Source: Armatimonadota bacterium (GTDB lineage: Bacteria; Armatimonadota; SYMT01). From it: DNA of 64,000 nucleotides. The translations under genes were made by a program, and so were the position numbers. Positions 27,513 to 39,697 of the stretch are shown in pieces. Location: NCBI GenBank assembly GCA_041690135.1, contig JAWLHY010000003.1:64001-128000 (forward strand), given 5' to 3'. Every line of letters starts with the position of its first letter. Positions within the stretch are counted from its first letter, which is position 1. The notes under the pieces were generated by a model, which worked only from the letters and a program-made list of their open reading frames with translations, did not search any database and was not told the DNA's origin.

Positions 27513-28931
27513 TCACTCCGACGGCGGAAGTTCGATCTGGAGTGGTGCGGGGTTATCCGTCGTTAACGGCTGGGTATCGTCGAGCTGCTGCTGCCACTCC
27601 TTGAGCCGGACCGTCATCCGCTGCACCTGTTTTGCATGACCCGGGTCGGCCGCCAGGTCCTTCATCTCCGCCGGGTCGTTCTTCAGGTCGAAGAGCTGGG
27701 TCTTGTTGACGTGCGGGTAGACGATCAGCTTCCACCGGTCGTCGCGGACGGCGCGCTGGATGTCGCGATACACCGTGAAGACCGAGTCGCGGACCGCCTT
27801 CTTCTTACCGGTCAGGACGGGCGTCAGGCTCCGGCCCTCGCTGCCCTCCGGCGCCGCCACCCCCGCCAGCTCACCCAGGGTCGGGAAGCTGTCGAGCAGA
27901 TAGGCAAAGGCGTCGGTCCGCTTCCCCTTCGGAATGCCGGGGCCTGACATCAGGAGCGGGGCGCCCATGGAGTGCTCGTAGAGGTTCTGCTTGCCCATCA
28001 GCCCGTGGCTGCCGATCGCGAGGCCATGGTCTCCCGCGAAGACGATCAGCGTGTTCTCATACTGCCCCGTTTCCTTGAGCGCATCGAGGATGCGGCCGAT
28101 CTGCGCGTCCGTGAAGGTGATGGCGGCGTAGTAGTCCGCCAGGTGTTTCCGCACCTCATCCTGCGTGCGCGGCCAGGGCGCGAGCTTCTCGTCGCGGATG
28201 ATCATCTCCCCGTTGTTGAACGGGTGCTTCGGCAGGTAGTTCGCCGGCAGCGGCATCCGGGCCGGATCATACTGGGCGTGGTACTCCCGCGGGGCCACGC
28301 GGGGGTCGTGCGGCAGGTTGAAGCTGGTGTAGCAGAGGAACGGCCGGTCTTCCTTCTTGTGCGAGCGGATGAACTCCACGGCGGCGTCCGCGAAGAGCTG
28401 GCAGGAGTGGGTGCCGCTGATCCGCCGGTTCACCAGCTTGCCGTCCGTGCTGATGTCCTGGAGCGGCAGGTTGTAGGGGTCCCCCATCCCACCCATGAAC
28501 ACCGCCTTCCCCTCCTGGAAGGAGCGCAGCAGGCCCGGCGCCTGGTTGTGCCACTTCCCGGTCGCGAAGGTGCGGTAACCCGCTTTACCGAAAAGCTCCG
28601 GCCAGGTGGTCTGCCCCTGGAGGTTCTCCCGGATCCGGAACAGCGTTCTCCCGGTCATCAGCATGGCGCGCGACGGGACACAGACCGCGCCCTGGCGCCC
28701 GCCCATGCAGTAGGCGCGGGTGAAGGCGGTCCCCTCCCGCACCAGGCGGTCGAGGTTGGGCGTGCGGATGTGCGGGTTGCCCAGCGCATGGATCGTGTCC
28801 GGGCGATGGTCGTCGCTGAACAGGAACAGCACGTTCGGCCGCTGAGCCGCGCGCACAGGAGACACGGCCGCAGCCGCGGTCAGGGAAGCAGCCGTTACGA
28901 AGAGGAGAAGTGGGCGGATCAAGTTAGGCAT
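27513..28931 (-). CDS. Sulfatase (choline-sulfatase-like)
   Basis: PNVLFLFSDD, CVPSRAMLMTG (CxPxR), GKWH and GDHG motifs. Confidence 0.92.
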   Translation of the reverse strand: MPNLIRPLLLFVTAASLTAAAAVSPVRAAQRPNVLFLFSDDHRPDTIHALGNPHIRTPNLDRLVREGTAFTRAYCMGGRQGAVCVPSRAMLMTGRTLFRIRENLQGQTTWPELFGKAGYRTFATGKWHNQAPGLLRSFQEGKAVFMGGMGDPYNLPLQDISTDGKLVNRRISGTHSCQLFADAAVEFIRSHKKEDRPFLCYTSFNLPHDPRVAPREYHAQYDPARMPLPANYLPKHPFNNGEMIIRDEKLAPWPRTQDEVRKHLADYYAAITFTDAQIGRILDALKETGQYENTLIVFAGDHGLAIGSHGLMGKQNLYEHSMGAPLLMSGPGIPKGKRTDAFAYLLDSFPTLGELAGVAAPEGSEGRSLTPVLTGKKKAVRDSVFTVYRDIQRAVRDDRWKLIVYPHVNKTQLFDLKNDPAEMKDLAADPGHAKQVQRMTVRLKEWQQQLDDTQPLTTDNPAPLQIELPPSE

Positions 28932-28996
28932 TGGGCGTTGAGCATTGGGCGTTGAGCATTGGGCGTTGAGCATTGGGCGTTGGGTATTGGGCATTC
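28928..28996. repeat. Tandem 14-mer repeat (GCATTGGGCGTTGA)n
   Basis: About 5 copies immediately upstream of and overlapping the sulfatase start. Confidence 0.85.
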
Positions 28997-29450
28997 AGGT
29001 GGCCAGGACCCCTATAGGGATAAACATTTAGGATTTCGGGCGCTCAGGCTTTTGGACCCGTCCGCTAGTAACAGGAGATCGGGCGTCTTGACAGTTAGAT
29101 CTCCGAAGTATCATGTGCGTCATTGCGAGGCCGGCCCCGACGCCCATAGCGCGACTTATCACTGGGGATGAAGGCGGCTTTCCTGGACCGTGAGCCGCCG
29201 CGTTGCCGGCCGCGGCAATCCCCCTGGTACGTGGATCCTACCCCTGAACGCGCGCGCTCCCGGTTTCGCCCTCGCGCTTTGCCACGATCGGCAACTCTCG
29301 CCACTGGACAGAGCCACCCTCTCCAACCAGCGGGCTTCCCATCCGTATCACGCGCAAGAAACCGCTGCGCTCCGGCATCCTTTTCCATGAGGTTCGACAG
29401 GCGAGGCGAAAATCTCTCCTTCGCTTGGCGGCAAGTAAGGAGGCTACCCG

Positions 29451-30668
29451 ATGGATCCGAGTGCCCTGACGCTGATGCCGGAATGGCCGGACGCCGAATG
29501 CCCGGTCCGGGAGCTATTTTGCCGGGCGGGACTGGCCTTTGCCGAGGGCGACCGGGAAACCTGCCTCCGGTTGTTGGCAGAGGCGTTGGGCGAAGCCGAA
29601 GGGAGGCATGGGCCCGGTCATCCGCAGTCGCTGCATATCGGCACCTTCCTGGCGCGGCACCTCCGGCACGGAAACCAACCGGAGCGCGCCATTCCCCTCC
29701 TGCGGCGCGGGCTCCAGGCTGCGGAAGTCGTCCTCGGCGCCGATCACCGCAGCCTGGTGGAGGTCCACCTGGAACTGGCGACCTGCCTGGAACGGCTAGG
29801 CTCCATCGATGAGGGCCTGTCGAACCGCCTGCGGGCCCAGCGGATCCTGCGGGAAGTGCCGGCGGAGGAACCCGACGACCTGGATGATCCGGAAGAGCCG
29901 CAGCCGACGAGTGAGGTCGAGCGCCTGATCTTCGAGGCCCTCGACGCCCGGCTGGACCGTGACCTGGACGCGACCGAGGCGCTGCTTCTCCAGGCCCTCG
30001 ACGTGGGCGAACGGACCCTCGGCTGGGACCATCCCCATACGGCCCGCGCGCTCTCCGAATTGGCGTCCGTGGATTGGGACCGGGGGCGATCTGACCTCTG
30101 GAGACGGCGCGTCTATCAGGCGCTGGAGATCTACCGCCGCACGACCGGTTCGGAATCGGAGGACGTGGAGCATGCCTACAACGATCTGGCGTACTACCAT
30201 CAGATGCTCGGCGACTACGCGCAGGCCGAACAGTGCTGCCGGCAGGCCCTAGCCCTCCGCGAACAGCGCTATCCCGGCGCCCTTCATCCCCTCAACAGCC
30301 GGATCCACCTCGCGGAGTGCGTGGGGGCGCAGGGCCGCCGGGAGGAAGCCGCCTCACTCTTCCGGCGGGTCCAGCAGGAGTGGTGCCGGTGGCATCCGGA
30401 GCGCCTGGTGGACCCGGATCGGCTTCCGGAGTGGTGGGCGATCGTCTACCTGGGCCAGGGCACTGCGGAGCAGGCGGAGCGGTTGGAAGCCGTCACGGCG
30501 CGCACCGTTACGCTTTATGAGAAGACCTGCGGGCCCGACCACTTGCACGTCGCCGAGCAACTCGACCCACTGGCCGCCCTGCGCCGTCACCTGGGACGGA
30601 TGGAAGCGGCCGAGGAGGCCGCCACCCGGGCGGAGGCAATCCGCGCCCGCATTCGGGAAAGCTGTTAG
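29451..30668 (+). CDS. Tetratricopeptide repeat protein
   Basis: LG.DHP.TA..L..LA TPR units; AGGAGG RBS. Confidence 0.8.
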   Translation: MDPSALTLMPEWPDAECPVRELFCRAGLAFAEGDRETCLRLLAEALGEAEGRHGPGHPQSLHIGTFLARHLRHGNQPERAIPLLRRGLQAAEVVLGADHRSLVEVHLELATCLERLGSIDEGLSNRLRAQRILREVPAEEPDDLDDPEEPQPTSEVERLIFEALDARLDRDLDATEALLLQALDVGERTLGWDHPHTARALSELASVDWDRGRSDLWRRRVYQALEIYRRTTGSESEDVEHAYNDLAYYHQMLGDYAQAEQCCRQALALREQRYPGALHPLNSRIHLAECVGAQGRREEAASLFRRVQQEWCRWHPERLVDPDRLPEWWAIVYLGQGTAEQAERLEAVTARTVTLYEKTCGPDHLHVAEQLDPLAALRRHLGRMEAAEEAATRAEAIRARIRESC

Positions 30669-30879
30669 TTGCGTGGCGTTCCGGTCAATCGACGGCCCGC
30701 GCGCCGGATCACCCTGGAACGTGCCGCCTGTTAGCGGCTGCTAAACACAACCGCGGAAATCCTGTCCGCATGGGGTGACGCGACGGGATAAATCCACGTC
30801 GCTTTCCCAACCCTGCGGGGTGCCGGCCTGCGCCGGCACTGCAAGATCGGGAGAAGAACTTCGAAATCCGCAGTTCTGC

Positions 30880-31779
30880 TTAGAGCCCCGGAAGCTCCGA
30901 CCACGACTCCACCTGGGCGGCGGAACGCAGCCACTGTTCCATCTGAGCCAGGTCCGTCTCCGACTCCAGTCGCCGCCGGACTGCCTCCGATGGTTCTCCC
31001 AATCGCAGGGTGCCGATAAGGAGAAGCGAGCGGCGAACCCCGTCGACCACGCCTTCCTGACGGCCTTCCTGACGGCCTTCCTGACGGCCTTCCTCGCGGC
31101 CTTCCTCGCGGCCTTCCTCGAGGATTGCTTGATAGGTATCTGACTCACGCATAGCGCTTATCCCCCGAAATAATTGTGCCACGTTCTCGCGCGAATAACG
31201 CAGCCCGAGGAGTACGAAGGTGTCGGTCCAGAGGTCTTTCCGCGCCTCCGGAGAAAGCTCACTCGCTAACCGTTGATCCATGCGGCGCAGCACCTCCGGC
31301 AACCGATCGGCGGCGGCATCCGTAAGTGGCGCCAGCGGCAGCGTCGCCAGAGAACCTTCGAGTACGGTCTCCAGATCCAGAGTCCAGGCCCGAAGAACAC
31401 CGTAGTCCAGGTGATGGCGCCGCCGGGTGACCGGAGCGACCACGAGATACTCTCCCGTCAGGCTCGGATGGTCCGCTTCCCGCCGCAACACGACCAGCAC
31501 GGTATCGACAGGCAGCAGATGGCGCCGGTGGTGGATGCCATTGTAGTTCATGGCCCGCGCCAGAATGCTGGGATCCCAGGAGGCAAAGGCTTCGAAGTGC
31601 GAGATGAAAGGCTCCGGCCCTTCGAGCCGTACCACCTTATCAGCAGCTCCGGAAACCGTCGAGATGTCCGCATCCACCAGCACCGGCTCGCCCTCCACCG
31701 GGCCGAACGCCAGGCGGACCCAGCCACCGGGATCACGCTCCAGGAGATCTTTGAACACCGAATCGAAAGGCTTGGACAT
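30880..31779 (-). CDS. Rpn family recombination-promoting nuclease / putative transposase
   Basis: FDSVFKDLLE, LPLAPL, MRESDTYQAILEEGREEGREEGRQEG repeats. Confidence 0.85.
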   Translation of the reverse strand: MSKPFDSVFKDLLERDPGGWVRLAFGPVEGEPVLVDADISTVSGAADKVVRLEGPEPFISHFEAFASWDPSILARAMNYNGIHHRRHLLPVDTVLVVLRREADHPSLTGEYLVVAPVTRRRHHLDYGVLRAWTLDLETVLEGSLATLPLAPLTDAAADRLPEVLRRMDQRLASELSPEARKDLWTDTFVLLGLRYSRENVAQLFRGISAMRESDTYQAILEEGREEGREEGRQEGRQEGRQEGVVDGVRRSLLLIGTLRLGEPSEAVRRRLESETDLAQMEQWLRSAAQVESWSELPGL

Positions 31780-31824
31780 AAGGCTATCTTCGGCAGGTAT
31801 CTAACCTTCGAAAAGGTTCGATCA

Positions 31825-32391
31825 TTACTCCAGCACGTACATCACATCGGTCCGGAGTACGTACTTGCGACCCGCGGTAACGGGAGCCCCTTCGTGTAGC
31901 TGGTGGTGGTGGAACACGAGCGCCGCACCCCGCTCCGGGGCCACCCGCGCACGCTCATTCCCCTGCTCGTCGTAGAACACGGTCTCACCGCCCTGGTAGC
32001 CGTCGTTCAGGTAGACCATGAACGTGACCTGGCTCCGCTCTTCCTCGCCGCGCTTGAAGGAGCCGTCGAAGTGCGGCCGGAAGGTTTCGCCCACATCGTA
32101 GCGGTAGTACCGGAACCGTTCGTTGAAGGTCAGCAACTTCCAGGCGCCCAGTTGCGCGGGCAGGAACGGCTCCGCCCGTTTGAAGAGGCTCCGGGCCAGG
32201 TCGTCATCCTCCACCATCAGGCGGGTGTTGTTGCGAACGTCCTTCCGCATCACGGCGCCGGCCCGGGTCGTGATCGGCGCTTCCGCATAGCCCTCCGCCT
32301 CGCTCCGGGCGATGGCGGCGTCGCACTCCTCGGGTGTAAAGAAGTCGTGGATCACATACACCCGATCCCCATCGATCGTCTCTTTCCGCAT
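31825..32391 (-). CDS. 2OG-Fe(II) oxygenase (prolyl 4-hydroxylase-like)
   Basis: FRPHFD, YLND..GGET, HEG and KYVLRTDVMY motifs. Confidence 0.9.
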   Translation of the reverse strand: MRKETIDGDRVYVIHDFFTPEECDAAIARSEAEGYAEAPITTRAGAVMRKDVRNNTRLMVEDDDLARSLFKRAEPFLPAQLGAWKLLTFNERFRYYRYDVGETFRPHFDGSFKRGEEERSQVTFMVYLNDGYQGGETVFYDEQGNERARVAPERGAALVFHHHQLHEGAPVTAGRKYVLRTDVMYVLE

Positions 32392-32397
32392 CCCGGT

Positions 32398-33531
32398 TCA
32401 CCTCCCGCCGGATAGCGACGGCCGCCAGTAGTTAGCCAGCGCCTCGGCAATGGCGTCCGCGTCGAACCCGTCCTCCTGAAGCCGATACTCCAAATACCTA
32501 ACGATGGCCCGCCGCTCCGGTTGCGTAAAGCCGGCAAATCGCGCGACACTGTAGCCGCGCCAGTCCACCGCCGCGGTGTGCCGGCTGGTGTCCGCCAGCG
32601 TCTTCATCACTTCCGGACCGAAAAACTGCTCCAACTCCGCCAGCATGGAAGGGTCCAGTGGAGCCTCTCGCAAAGGACTGAACCCGTGCGTGAGATGGAA
32701 CACCGAATTGGCGTTCGAGTCGTAGTCCGTCAGATCCGCGAGCAGAAAGGCGGGCAGGAAATACCGGAAGCCGCCCTCGGAGAGAAAACTCAGCGCCGCG
32801 TAGTTGCGGGCGAGGAACTCGGGATGCAAGGTTCGCCAGCAGAGCCCGCGGAACTCCATCGCGTACTCGGCCGGCTCATCCCCCTGCTCGGAGCCGCAGA
32901 GCTCGTGGTCTCCCGGATAGGGCGCTTCGGCAAACGCTGCCCGAATCTGTTCGGCCAGTCGCGACCGCTCCGGGTCGTCGAAATCGGGAGCCTGGTAGTG
33001 ATGCAGTTGGTGGTAGTACTCCCGCACGGCTTCGTGGATCGGAAAGCCATAGCCGGACCACCCCCACCGGACCGCCTGCGCCGCCAGGTACTTGAGGGTG
33101 GGATGCTCCTCGAAAGCCAGGCCGAGGAAGCTGCATACCGCACGATACTGGGCAGGGGAGAAGACCGCTTGCCGCTCCCGCAGTTGGCGGTCCTCACCCT
33201 CATAGTAAAGCGACCAGAAGGAAGGGCAAAGCGCATATACCACGGGGTGCGGCAGCCCGTTGGTCTCCGGCAGAACCAGCAAAGCGCTCTTGAGCAGTGC
33301 GGGTAGGTAATACCGGTAGGCCTCGGGCGCCAGGTAGCAGTAGGCCGCCCACCGCTCCTTCAGAAACTCCGGCGTCAGGCTCTGCCACGTCTTGCCCGCC
33401 AGGTCCTTCCGGATCTGTTCTTCGCCCGCCTGATCGCGCGGACCGTGGTGCCGGATCAGTTCTCGAGGGGGTGGAACCGCCAGGCCGCCGAATGCCGCCT
33501 CGATCTGTTCAGCAACCTGGGCTGCGTTCAT
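32398..33531 (-). CDS. Hypothetical protein with tandem duplicated domain (DUF6714-like)
   Basis: Two copies of AEQI.AAF...W..L.PEFL....A...L....(Y/F)RY(Y/F)LPA.L. Confidence 0.7.
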   Translation of the reverse strand: MNAAQVAEQIEAAFGGLAVPPPRELIRHHGPRDQAGEEQIRKDLAGKTWQSLTPEFLKERWAAYCYLAPEAYRYYLPALLKSALLVLPETNGLPHPVVYALCPSFWSLYYEGEDRQLRERQAVFSPAQYRAVCSFLGLAFEEHPTLKYLAAQAVRWGWSGYGFPIHEAVREYYHQLHHYQAPDFDDPERSRLAEQIRAAFAEAPYPGDHELCGSEQGDEPAEYAMEFRGLCWRTLHPEFLARNYAALSFLSEGGFRYFLPAFLLADLTDYDSNANSVFHLTHGFSPLREAPLDPSMLAELEQFFGPEVMKTLADTSRHTAAVDWRGYSVARFAGFTQPERRAIVRYLEYRLQEDGFDADAIAEALANYWRPSLSGGR

Positions 33532-34277
33532 CTCGCTTTCTCGCGAGAAGACGTTACCAGGTCGGTCTCAGGCAGCTCGGATTCGGCGGAGCGCGCAGCC
33601 TGTAACTGCTCGTAATGGGCTTTCAGGAGGCGCGCTTCTACCGGCTGAGTTCTGTCAGCGGATGGTGGCTGGTGCTGTTGCAAAATGCCTCTGGCCGCTT
33701 CTGCTTTCCCTTCCCGCGAGAGGATTTCGAAAAGTGCGAGTGCGGCCACTCGGACCTGCCGCAAATTCTTTCCTTTTGCCAGGTGCTTTAAACGCGGAAC
33801 CCTCTGGTCGGAGGGAAGCACTGCCACCCGCCAGACGGTACGCAAGTCTTCAACCTCTCGCTTCACACCCTGAAAGCCAATGTTACAGCGGAAGGACCGG
33901 CCGGGGAGTGCTTTGTCGAGTGCTTCGAGAGCCTTGGGGTAATCGCCTTGTTCTGCATAAGCCCATCCCAGGCGTATTGCGGCATAGGCTCCGGTTAAGA
34001 AGGGGTCCTGGAGCCCCTTCTCGTACTCAGGCGCTGCCTTCGCAGGCTGTAGATCGAACAACAGGGCGTCGCCGTCAAGTAGCCAACCAAGGATCAGCCT
34101 GAGGAGGGGGTCGACCGTGTTGGGGTCACCCGTGCTCGGGCGAGCTGCTGGATCGCAGGACGAAGGTGTGGCCTGCGATCCGGCGACGCTTGCTGCCGAA
34201 CTCCCGGAAGCACAGCCCAGCCAGAGCACCGCGGCAAAGATCCAGGGATGCGAGATCCTGTTCAAGAAAACCCCCAC
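33528..34277 (-). CDS. TPR-like exported hypothetical protein (start uncertain)
   Basis: RLGWAYAEQGDYPKALEALDKAL; ATGA overlap with the downstream gene. Confidence 0.55.
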   Translation of the reverse strand: MGVFLNRISHPWIFAAVLWLGCASGSSAASVAGSQATPSSCDPAARPSTGDPNTVDPLLRLILGWLLDGDALLFDLQPAKAAPEYEKGLQDPFLTGAYAAIRLGWAYAEQGDYPKALEALDKALPGRSFRCNIGFQGVKREVEDLRTVWRVAVLPSDQRVPRLKHLAKGKNLRQVRVAALALFEILSREGKAEAARGILQQHQPPSADRTQPVEARLLKAHYEQLQAARSAESELPETDLVTSSREKAR

Positions 34278-34489
34278 GGTCGCACCGAGTGATCGGCTCC
34301 GGTTAGGAACCAGCAGCGATGAAACGCTTCGGCGTCCTCCCGGCGCTTGAAAACCACCTTCATGTGCCAGCCTTTGATGGTTTCGTAGGCGACTCGCCGC
34401 ACCATCCGGCTTGCGGGGACGTGCTCGTCGATCCAGTCGAAGACCGGATAGGGGTCGTCGGTCAGCAGGTCCACCCGGTACACCGCCAT
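34262..34489 (-). CDS. Small hypothetical protein
   Basis: MAVYRVDLLTDDPYPVFDWIDE...; GGGGAGG RBS upstream. Confidence 0.55.
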   Translation of the reverse strand: MAVYRVDLLTDDPYPVFDWIDEHVPASRMVRRVAYETIKGWHMKVVFKRREDAEAFHRCWFLTGADHSVRPWGFS

Positions 34490-34650
34490 CGCATACCTCC
34501 CCAGAGACTCTAAATGCGCCATGACTCGCGACGGGATGGAATCCCATACGGGCAAGCTCGCGTCGCTCCCGAGCTCTCCGAGGTGCCTGCACCCCCTCGG
34601 GGCGTAAACCTGCGCAGGCACAGTGACATAGCGCCAGACCACAGTCGGGT

Positions 34651-35019
34651 TTACGAACCGACGAACGGAGGATTCCAAATTCCTTCTCGTCCCGCGTTGG
34701 GAGCTACTTCAAGCAACTCCACATCATAGATCAGGACCGCGTTCGGTGGGATGACCCCCGGGACACCCCGGTCACCATACCCCAGATGAGGACCGAACCG
34801 GATCCGGCGCCGTCCGCCGACACGCATTCCTTCGACTCCGTAGAGGAGGCCGGCGACGACATTCCGTCTCGCGAAATCGATCCACACCTCGGCACTCGCC
34901 TGGAACGGCTCCCCCAGGTTCAGGTAGCCGTCACACCGGATCAGGGCCACGGTGTCGCGAGTCGCGACCGCGCCACTCCCGATCACCCCGTCTTCGATCT
35001 CCACTCCCTTGCGGCGCAT
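34651..35019 (-). CDS. FKBP-type peptidyl-prolyl cis-trans isomerase
   Basis: GMRVGGRRRI..PHLGYG.RGVPGVIPPNAVLIYDVELL. Confidence 0.88.
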   Translation of the reverse strand: MRRKGVEIEDGVIGSGAVATRDTVALIRCDGYLNLGEPFQASAEVWIDFARRNVVAGLLYGVEGMRVGGRRRIRFGPHLGYGDRGVPGVIPPNAVLIYDVELLEVAPNAGREGIWNPPFVGS

Positions 35020-35229
35020 TGACTAACTCTACGGCTGACTCCACCCAGGTGGCCGAAACCTTCGTCAACCGGTATAGATCTATGTTAGAAGGAAACCAAA
35101 TTCTTCGCAACGGCACAGGGCAGGTCGAATGCTTCTGCTGAAGTTGCGGAGGCAGTATCCCTGTGAGGAGATGCGATGCGGGTGGTTGGCATAAACAGCC
35201 CGTCTTCGGGCGCACGCCTTACTCCGGAC

Positions 35230-36078
35230 ATGGAGCAGCTTCGGTCCGCTGCACTACCGGAGGATGCATCCGCCACGGGTCCGGTCCCTGGAACTGCACC
35301 CGCGCGTGAACGGATACCCGGAAAGGTACTCCGGCATCTGCGGTCAAGGGTCGGGTGGGACCGGCTGCAGTCCGCACACCCGGTATCCTTCTACGCACTC
35401 CTCGTGTGCTGGCTGTTGATCACGCTGGCCGTGGTGCTCCTGGTTCCCGTCTATCTGCACCTGAGGGACAGCGACGCCGACCGATTCGTCCCGGCCTGGG
35501 CGCCTTATCTTCTGACCATCCCTGTAGGCTGGGCCACCGCGGCGGTCGCGCGGCGGGTATACGGAGCACAGATCGAGCCGTCGACGCGCGTGGCAACCGA
35601 TGAAGACGCTTCGAGTGGCGGGCTTGCCTTCCGGGATGCCGTAGACGACCTGCAGGAACAACCACCCCCTCCGGCCGGCGAGACCACCGAGGCTGCTGAC
35701 GAAGCCCGTAGCGGCCGGCGATTGGATGCTGCCCTGGCGCGTGATCGCCGGCACCGGCAGGCTTTGCAGGACCGGTTCCAGGGGTGGCTCAATGCCGCTT
35801 ATGCCTGTGAGTTGTTCGGCGAAGCTATCTGCGCTCTGGGATGGAAGAACTTCTGGCGGTGCATCATCCTGGGCTTGGTTCTGGCGGCTCTTTCGGTGCG
35901 GTTCCATCCGCTAGTCAACGGTGCTGTGCTTCTCATCCTTTGTATGCACGCCTCCATGATCGCGATTCCGGTAGGCTGGGCTCTTCACCATTCGAGCCAC
36001 CTGGTCCGCAAGACCCTCTTCCGGCAGGCGCGCAGATCGGCGATAGCCGTGCTGAATCCTGCTTTCAGACGCCGGTAG
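35230..36078 (+). CDS. Membrane hypothetical protein
   Basis: Several hydrophobic TM segments; no recognised motif. Confidence 0.5.
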   Translation: MEQLRSAALPEDASATGPVPGTAPARERIPGKVLRHLRSRVGWDRLQSAHPVSFYALLVCWLLITLAVVLLVPVYLHLRDSDADRFVPAWAPYLLTIPVGWATAAVARRVYGAQIEPSTRVATDEDASSGGLAFRDAVDDLQEQPPPPAGETTEAADEARSGRRLDAALARDRRHRQALQDRFQGWLNAAYACELFGEAICALGWKNFWRCIILGLVLAALSVRFHPLVNGAVLLILCMHASMIAIPVGWALHHSSHLVRKTLFRQARRSAIAVLNPAFRRR

Positions 36079-36135
36079 ATGCCTGCGCCAACCGGGGCGG
36101 GCGGACGCCCGCCCCACCTCAACCTCTGCGTCCCC

Positions 36136-37506
36136 TCAGCGCACGGAACGGGTGATGCAGTAGACGCGGGCGGAGGTCCGGATGAGGAGGCGGTTTCCGG
36201 CAATGGCCGGGGTCGCCATGCCCATGTCGTCGTCGGCGAGCGGGTTGCTGTGGAAGAATTGGAAGCGGTCGCCGGCGCGGAAGACGTAGGTGGTGCCGTC
36301 CTCGTTGAGGCAGAAGACCTTGCCGTCGTAGGCCCAGGGAGAGGCGGTGAAGTTCGTGCCGTTGGGCACCCGCTCCCGCTCGTAGAGGGGCGTGCCGTCC
36401 GCGGCCCGAAAGGCGCCGAAGAGGCCCCGGTCATAGAGCACGTACAGCCGCCGGTCGTACACCAGCGTGGTGGGGTTGTAGGGCGCGGCCCGCCAGTCGC
36501 ACCAGGCGATGAAGCGGTTGGAGCGCTCTTCCCGGCCCAGGGAGATGTCCCCGGAAGCCCCCGGCCGGATGGCGTAGATCGGCTTCAGCGGGCTCCCGAC
36601 GTAGCCGGAACTGATGTACAGGAGACCGTCCGCCGCGTAGGGGGTGCCGATGGTAATGCCGGACATTCCCTCCAGCCACCAGAGGAGCTTGCCCTGGAGG
36701 TCGTAGGCGCGCACTTTCCCGCTGCCGGGCGTGATGATCTCGGTGCGCTGGCCGTTCTCCCATACGTAGGGCGTCGACCAGTTGCTCTTCTCCTCCCGCT
36801 CGACGCGCCAGACCTGCTCGCCGGTCCGCTTGTCGAGGGCCAGCAGGTACGACTGTTCCTCGTTGTCGTTGACGAGGTAGATCCGGTCTTTATGGAGGAC
36901 GGGAGAGGCGGCGGTGCCCCAGGCGAAGCGGGTGGGGCGCGGCTCGAAGCGCCGGTTCCAGAGCGGCTTCCCCTGGAGGTCGAAGCAGTAGAGGCCCAGG
37001 TTCCCGAAGTAGGCGTACACCCGTTCGCCGTCGGTGACCGGCGTCTCCGAGGCGAAGCTGTTCTTCACGTGGATGGTGCTCTGCGGCTTGGCCTGGTGGA
37101 CCGTCCGCTCCCACCGGACCTTGCCCGTCTCCAGGTCGAGGCAGTACACCTTCCACAGGTGGACCGTGCCCGGTGGCTGAGGGCGCTCGCCGCCGAAGTA
37201 GAGGCCCTTCTTCGGCGGCTCCGTTTGCCCCTGGTTGACCACGGTGGTCAGGAAGACGTTCTTTCCCCACACCACCGGCGACGACCAGCCCCGGCCGGGG
37301 ATCTCGGCCTTCCACGCCACGTTCTCCGTGGCGGACCACCGGTCCGGCAGTCCCTTCCCCGCGGCGATGCCTCGAGCCCCCGGACCCCGGAACTGCGGCC
37401 AGTTCCCTGCTTCCGGTCCCGCCGCCCATCCCGCCGCACCCACGGCAGCCGCCAACGCCAGCATTCCCAGCCCGATCCGGTAGGTTTTCGCTCGATGCAT
37501 CGCCAT
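36136..37506 (-). CDS. PQQ-binding-like beta-propeller (BamB-like) secreted protein
   Basis: NWPQFRGP, PGRGWSSPVV, ASETPVTDG and TPAIA motifs. Confidence 0.9.
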   Translation of the reverse strand: MAMHRAKTYRIGLGMLALAAAVGAAGWAAGPEAGNWPQFRGPGARGIAAGKGLPDRWSATENVAWKAEIPGRGWSSPVVWGKNVFLTTVVNQGQTEPPKKGLYFGGERPQPPGTVHLWKVYCLDLETGKVRWERTVHQAKPQSTIHVKNSFASETPVTDGERVYAYFGNLGLYCFDLQGKPLWNRRFEPRPTRFAWGTAASPVLHKDRIYLVNDNEEQSYLLALDKRTGEQVWRVEREEKSNWSTPYVWENGQRTEIITPGSGKVRAYDLQGKLLWWLEGMSGITIGTPYAADGLLYISSGYVGSPLKPIYAIRPGASGDISLGREERSNRFIAWCDWRAAPYNPTTLVYDRRLYVLYDRGLFGAFRAADGTPLYERERVPNGTNFTASPWAYDGKVFCLNEDGTTYVFRAGDRFQFFHSNPLADDDMGMATPAIAGNRLLIRTSARVYCITRSVR

Positions 37507-37979
37507 TTCTCGTCTTTCTTTGGCCCGAACACCGTCGCTCCCGACGGGGCTTTCCTCCGTCAGTGGGGTCTTTGCGTCCCGGATAGTCGCTGCCCTGGCA
37601 CTAGCGGCGTCCCACCTGGCAGGCCGGGTACGCGTTCTGGACCTACCGTGGTGCATTCCGGCTACGGATGCATGATCCTGGTCGGGGACTGCGACCCGAC
37701 CCTACCTTCACCGGTGCGGACCCAGGTGCCTTGGTGTTTGCGAGGGAGCCCCTCCTGTCACGGCACAGATCTGGTGTTGACAACAGGAACTAGCGTTACA
37801 TATAGCCTGCTACGGGTCTCATCTTTCCCAGGCTACAGCCCCGGCGAGATACAACACCGCCCGTCCTCAAAGTGTCCGCCTCTTCCGTTCTCCTTTGCGT
37901 CTTGGCGCCTTTGCGAGAGATTCTTCCGTTCCCTTCCGCGCCCTTCCGCGCGTTCCGCGGGCAAGATGGTTCCTTCCGA

Positions 37980-39506
<1,527 letters not shown>

Positions 39507-39697
39507 AACGCCCATTTGGCCGGATCGGGCCCAATCCCCTCGTACGGCGCGGGAGAGGACCGATTGAAGTGGATTTAACCCGGGGTTAAGTGCGACCGGG
39601 GAGAATATGCCTGGGGAACCTTTCCGTTCCCTGGGCGTCCTGTAGCACGACCGTCCTTTTCTCGTCACCGCCGTTCCCGGCCGAGTGGAGTTCTCCC

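Noticed and set aside
28928-28996. CRISPR-like array
   Set aside because: 14-bp head-to-tail repeats without spacers; no cas genes.
31048-31122. 12-bp tandem repeats
   Set aside because: Encode the EEGR/QEGR repeats normal for Rpn-family proteins.
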